From positions 256,001 through 320,000 of the forward strand of contig CAVPBK010000005.1 in assembly GCA_963701855.1 (NCBI GenBank): a stretch of 64,000 nucleotides of DNA, read 5' to 3'. The translations under genes and the position numbers were made by a program. Position 1 is the stretch's first letter, and each line of letters starts with the position of its first letter. This DNA comes from Nitrospirota bacterium. GTDB taxonomy: Bacteria; Nitrospirota; Nitrospiria; Nitrospirales; Nitrospiraceae. Below, in pieces: positions 59,784 to 64,000 of the stretch. Below the pieces are notes generated by a model, which saw only the letters and a program-made list of their open reading frames with translations, had not been told where the DNA came from and ran no database searches.

Positions 59784-61250
59784 ATGTTAGATAAAGAACC
59801 ACGTTTGGGACTGACCTATGACGATGTCGTGTTGGTTCCTGCTAAGTCACAGATCTTGCCGAGTGAAGTCGACATGCGCACGAGACTGACTCGCCACATC
59901 AAGATCAACATTCCCATCATCAGCTCGGCCATGGATACCGTCACGGAGTCCCGGTTAGCCATTGCCATTGCCCGCGAAGGCGGCATCGGGATTGTTCACC
60001 GCGTGTTGTCGCCGGTAGATCAAGCGACAGAAGTGGATCGGGTGAAGAAATCCGAGAGCGGCATGATACTCGATCCGATCACGATCTCGCCCGATCAAAC
60101 AATTCGCGATGCCCATGCGTTGATGGCGAAATACCGGATCTCCGGGATTCCCGTTACCAAAGACAAGAAGCTGGTCGGTATTCTCACGAATCGCGATCTG
60201 CGGTTTGAGACCAGGATGGATTTGAAGGTTTCGCAGATTATGAAGCGGGACAAGCTGATCACGGCGCCAGAAGGGACCAGTTTAGAAAAGGCTCGCGAGG
60301 TGTTACACGAGCATCGGATTGAGAAGCTGCCGGTCGTCAACAAACATTTCGAGCTCAAGGGGCTTATTACCATCAAGGATATCGAAAAACGAATCATGTA
60401 CCCCAATGCCTGCAAGGACGGACATGGCCGACTTTGCGTGGGTGCGGCTGTTGGGGTGGGGCCGGAGACGGAGGATCGGGTGGCGCAGCTCAAGAAGGTC
60501 GGGGTGGACCTTGTTGTGGTTGATACGGCCCATGGGCATTCGCAAGCGGTGTTGGATACAGTCAAGATGATCAAGAAACGTTTTCCGGAACTTGAGCTGA
60601 TAGCCGGGAACATTGGCACGGCTGAGGCGGCGAAGGATTTGTTGAAGGCTGGTGTCGATGCCGTGAAGGTGGGGGTGGGGCCTGGTTCGATATGCACGAC
60701 CCGCATCGTGTCCGGCGCCGGGATGCCGCAACTGACGGCGATTGCCGATTGTGCAAAAGTCCTCGCGGGCAGCGGAGTTCCGATCATTGCAGACGGCGGG
60801 ATCAAGTATTCTGGCGATATCACGAAGGCTTTGGCAGCGGGCGCTTCCTCGGTCATGCTGGGCGGACTCTTGGCAGGTACGGAAGAATCGCCCGGGGAAA
60901 CCGAACTGTACCAAGCCAGGACTTATAAGGTATACCGCGGCATGGGCTCGATCGGCGCTATGGAGCGAGGCGGCGGAGATCGGTACGGGCAAGGGGGGCG
61001 TCCGGTGCAGAAGCTGGTCCCTGAGGGCATCGAAGGGCGCGTGCCCTATAAAGGAAAGCTTTCGGCCGTCATCTACCAATTGATTGGTGGTGTGAAGTCC
61101 GGCATGGGCTATTGCGGGTGCAGGACGATCTCGGACTTACAGCAGAAGGCCACGTTTATCCGGCAGACGGTCGCCGGTCTCCGCGAAAGTCACGTGCATG
61201 ATGTGATTATCACGAAGGAAGCACCGAATTACCGGATGGATTGGGAGTAA
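59784..61250 (+). CDS. guaB: IMP dehydrogenase
   Basis: [15 protein letters not shown], a CBS pair, GPGSICTTR and YRGMGS motifs. Confidence 0.98.
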   Translation: MLDKEPRLGLTYDDVVLVPAKSQILPSEVDMRTRLTRHIKINIPIISSAMDTVTESRLAIAIAREGGIGIVHRVLSPVDQATEVDRVKKSESGMILDPITISPDQTIRDAHALMAKYRISGIPVTKDKKLVGILTNRDLRFETRMDLKVSQIMKRDKLITAPEGTSLEKAREVLHEHRIEKLPVVNKHFELKGLITIKDIEKRIMYPNACKDGHGRLCVGAAVGVGPETEDRVAQLKKVGVDLVVVDTAHGHSQAVLDTVKMIKKRFPELELIAGNIGTAEAAKDLLKAGVDAVKVGVGPGSICTTRIVSGAGMPQLTAIADCAKVLAGSGVPIIADGGIKYSGDITKALAAGASSVMLGGLLAGTEESPGETELYQARTYKVYRGMGSIGAMERGGGDRYGQGGRPVQKLVPEGIEGRVPYKGKLSAVIYQLIGGVKSGMGYCGCRTISDLQQKATFIRQTVAGLRESHVHDVIITKEAPNYRMDWE

Positions 61251-61345
61251 TCTCCTCGTTAAGCGTGAATCGTGAATCGTTAATCGTAGGATGCCTCCCT
61301 TCAAATCTCTCGGTTAACGCGTAACGCTGCACGATTAACGTCTTC

Positions 61346-62905
61346 ATGGAACTCTGGCACAATAGAATCCTGGTCCTCGACTTTGGGTCGCAATACACCC
61401 AACTGATTGCACGCCGCATTCGCGAAGCCCACGTATACTCGCAAATTCTGCCCTGCACCGCTCCCTTGGCGACGATTCTCGCCTATCGCCCGCAAGGCAT
61501 TGTATTGTCTGGCGGCCCCTCCAGCGTGTATGAGAAGAAGGCGCCGACGGTGCCCAAGGAAATCTTCGATCTAGGCATCCCCATCCTCGGTATTTGTTAT
61601 GGGATGCAGCTTGTGACCCATCTCTCCGGCGGGGAAGTGGCCAAGTCCAAGCATCGGGAGTATGGCCGGGCGGATCTCACGATCGACGACCGCAGTAATC
61701 TCTTCAAGAACATCGGCACAGACGGATCGACTGTCGTCTGGATGTCGCACGGAGATCGTATCGAGCGGATGCCGCCGGGTTTCCGATCCATCGCGCATAC
61801 AGACAATTCGCCGATTGCGGCCATGAAGCGCGATGATCACAAGCGCCGGATCTATTGTCTTCAGTTTCATCCGGAAGTCGTGCATACGCCAGAGGGAACC
61901 CAGATCCTTCAGAATTTCGTCTACGATATCTGTGGCTGTAAACCGACCTGGACGATGCAGTCTTACGTGGAGACGGCGGTGCAGCAGATTCGCGAGCAAG
62001 TCGGCAAGGAGCGAGTGATTTGTGCCTTGAGCGGCGGGGTGGACTCGTCCGTGGCGGCGGCCCTCACCCATCGGGCCATCGGCGATCAGTTGACCTGTAT
62101 CTTCGTCGACAATGGGCTGCTTCGGGCGGGAGAAAAAGAGCAGGTTAAGCAGACGTTTGCCCAACAGCTCCATCTGAATTTGCGAATCCTCGATGCGGCT
62201 GAGTTGTTCCTTGCCAAGCTCAAAGGGGTGATCGATCCCGAACGTAAAAGGAAAATTATTGGGAAGCAGTTCATCGAACAATTCGAGGCCGAGGCCAAGA
62301 AGAAGTCTGGCGGCGCGAAATTCCTGGTCCAGGGTACGCTATACCCCGATGTGATTGAGAGCGTGAGTTTTAAGGGCCCGTCGGCCACGATCAAGACGCA
62401 TCACAATGTGGGCGGTCTGCCTGCTCGCATGAAGTTGAAATTGATTGAGCCCCTGCGCGAGCTATTTAAGGATGAAGTCCGTGTGCTGGGTAATGAATTG
62501 GGTCTGCCGGACGAGATTGTCTGGCGTCAGCCCTTCCCAGGGCCTGGTCTTGCCATCCGGGTGTTGGGAGCGGTTACCAAGGAACGGCTGGCCATCCTGC
62601 GCGCGGCCGAGTCCATTCTCGATCAGGAGATTCGCGCCGCCGAGTTGTATCGGGAGATTTGGCAATCGCTTGCCGTGCTGTTGCCGATCAGAACCGTGGG
62701 CGTCATGGGCGATCAGCGGACCTATGAGCATGTCATCGCGCTTCGTGCGGTCACAAGCTTGGACGGCATGACGGCCGATTGGGCCAAGATTCCGAATGAT
62801 GTGCTGGGCAAGATGTCGAATCGGATCATCAACGAAGTGAAGGGCGTCAATCGGGTGGTCTACGACATCAGCTCCAAGCCGCCGGCCACAATTGAGTGGG
62901 AGTAA
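61346..62905 (+). CDS. guaA: GMP synthase (glutamine-hydrolysing)
   Basis: [39 protein letters not shown] and KPPATIEWE motifs. Confidence 0.98.
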   Translation: MELWHNRILVLDFGSQYTQLIARRIREAHVYSQILPCTAPLATILAYRPQGIVLSGGPSSVYEKKAPTVPKEIFDLGIPILGICYGMQLVTHLSGGEVAKSKHREYGRADLTIDDRSNLFKNIGTDGSTVVWMSHGDRIERMPPGFRSIAHTDNSPIAAMKRDDHKRRIYCLQFHPEVVHTPEGTQILQNFVYDICGCKPTWTMQSYVETAVQQIREQVGKERVICALSGGVDSSVAAALTHRAIGDQLTCIFVDNGLLRAGEKEQVKQTFAQQLHLNLRILDAAELFLAKLKGVIDPERKRKIIGKQFIEQFEAEAKKKSGGAKFLVQGTLYPDVIESVSFKGPSATIKTHHNVGGLPARMKLKLIEPLRELFKDEVRVLGNELGLPDEIVWRQPFPGPGLAIRVLGAVTKERLAILRAAESILDQEIRAAELYREIWQSLAVLLPIRTVGVMGDQRTYEHVIALRAVTSLDGMTADWAKIPNDVLGKMSNRIINEVKGVNRVVYDISSKPPATIEWE

Positions 62906-62979
62906 GACGTTAACCGTTATTCGTTAAACGTGGGATAAGAATTCTTGCGATTAACGATTAATGATTAACGATTAACGAG

Positions 62980-63807
62980 ATGGAAGTTAGATTACAAAAA
63001 GTCATTGCCGGAACCGGATTAGCTTCCCGGCGAAAGGCCGAGGTGTGGATTGCCTCCGGGCGTGTGACCGTTAACGGTAAAGTCGTGACGGAACTCGGCA
63101 CCAAGGTCGATCCGGACCACGTCCACATCAAGGTAGACGGCAAGCACATCAGTTCCACCCAGCCCTACGTCTATCTGCTGCTGAATAAGCCGAAGAACGT
63201 GATGTCGACGTTGAATGATCCGGGAGGCAGGCCGACAGTGAAGGATTTTCTCCGCGGAATATCAGTACGGGTGTTTCCCGTCGGTCGATTAGACTTCGAC
63301 AGCGAAGGGTTGATGCTCCTGACCAATCATGGCGACTTGGCGCAGACCCTTCTCCATCCCCGCTACCATGTGCCGAAAACCTATCTCATCAAGGTCAAGC
63401 AGGTGGTGACGGATGAACACATCAGGCAGTTGGAGCAGGGCGTGCAACTGGAAGATGGCATGACTAGTCCGGCTATCGTGAAGAAGGTGAAGAAGGCCAA
63501 ACTGAACTCCTGGCTGGAGATTACGATTCGAGAAGGGCGGCAGCATCAAGTGAAACGAATGATGGAGGCGGTAGGGCACCCGGTCTTAAAGTTGACCAGA
63601 ATTAAGATGGGTCCTTTGTTGTTGGGCGATCTAGAGCCTGGCGAGTTCAGGTATTTGACCGACCGTGAAGCGAACGCGTTGCGCGAGCTTACAGAACAAA
63701 AGGTGGCCTCAGCAGAGGATCCAGCACAGCAGGCTCCACGGCCAAGGCCAAAGAAGCCGGTCAGTCGAGCTGGATGGGCTCGTTCCAAGAAAGTGAAGGT
63801 GGTATGA
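62980..63807 (+). CDS. rluB: rRNA pseudouridine synthase (RluB/RsuA family)
   Basis: S4 domain (RLQKVIA..SRRKAE), [12 protein letters not shown] and [10 protein letters not shown] motifs. Confidence 0.9.
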   Translation: MEVRLQKVIAGTGLASRRKAEVWIASGRVTVNGKVVTELGTKVDPDHVHIKVDGKHISSTQPYVYLLLNKPKNVMSTLNDPGGRPTVKDFLRGISVRVFPVGRLDFDSEGLMLLTNHGDLAQTLLHPRYHVPKTYLIKVKQVVTDEHIRQLEQGVQLEDGMTSPAIVKKVKKAKLNSWLEITIREGRQHQVKRMMEAVGHPVLKLTRIKMGPLLLGDLEPGEFRYLTDREANALRELTEQKVASAEDPAQQAPRPRPKKPVSRAGWARSKKVKVV

Positions 63808-64000
63808 AGGTCAGAACTCATCGGTGTGGGGAACTCACGAAAGCAGCCGTGGGGCAGACGGTTGTCTTAAACGGCTGGGTCCAGAAGCGGCGCGATCACG
63901 GCATGGTCATGTTCATCGATCTGCGGGATCGGACCGGGATCACGCAAGTGGTGTTTAACGCCGAACGCAATGCAGCGGTACACCAGGCCTCCCACTCCTT
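63804..64000 (+). CDS. aspS: Aspartate--tRNA ligase, 5' part (runs off the window)
   Basis: [11 protein letters not shown]...[27 protein letters not shown]. Confidence 0.93.
   Translation, partial: MKVRTHRCGELTKAAVGQTVVLNGWVQKRRDHGMVMFIDLRDRTGITQVVFNAERNAAVHQASHS

Noticed and set aside
1..64000. tRNA or rRNA genes
   Set aside because: No cloverleaf or rRNA-like sequence recognised by eye; not verified with tRNAscan.

Overview
Bacterial chromosomal window, most likely from a Nitrospira-like organism (inferred from gene order and protein style, not from a search). 1-21 kb is a surface-polysaccharide/LPS locus: the first 7.5 kb is heavily decayed (frameshifted wzx, IS30 and several transferases), followed by intact glycosyltransferases, a WcaJ-type priming transferase, rfbB/rfbD/rfbA, kdsC, manC and a phosphomannomutase, with three four-helix-bundle genes interleaved. 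21-31 kb is housekeeping (fbp, fbaB, degQ, ispD, ispF, cysE, truA, amidase, NYN, tatD). 31.4-48 kb is an iron-uptake island (tonB, FecI/FecR, exbBD, tonB, TonB-dependent transducer, PepSY, RND pump, small Cys-rich proteins, IS1 remnant). 48-56 kb holds a DAHP synthase, a RAPP-leader/TonB-dependent transporter/COG0523 metal module and a HEPN-like orphan. 56.7-64 kb is an NHL-repeat gene, guaB, guaA, rluB and the start of aspS. Best candidate for a new system: a phage-Mu Com-like zinc-ribbon protein together with three copies of a conserved GAGGCCA...GAGCCCA-terminator leader, layered on two Fur boxes and three copies of a putative ECF-sigma promoter, which suggests a Com-type antitermination circuit controlling iron uptake. 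Also notable: inverted arrays of 7-9-nt tandem repeats bracket the four-helix-bundle genes and recur as empty sites between core genes, and a His-rich RAPP leader has codons that can base-pair with the downstream Shine-Dalgarno sequence.
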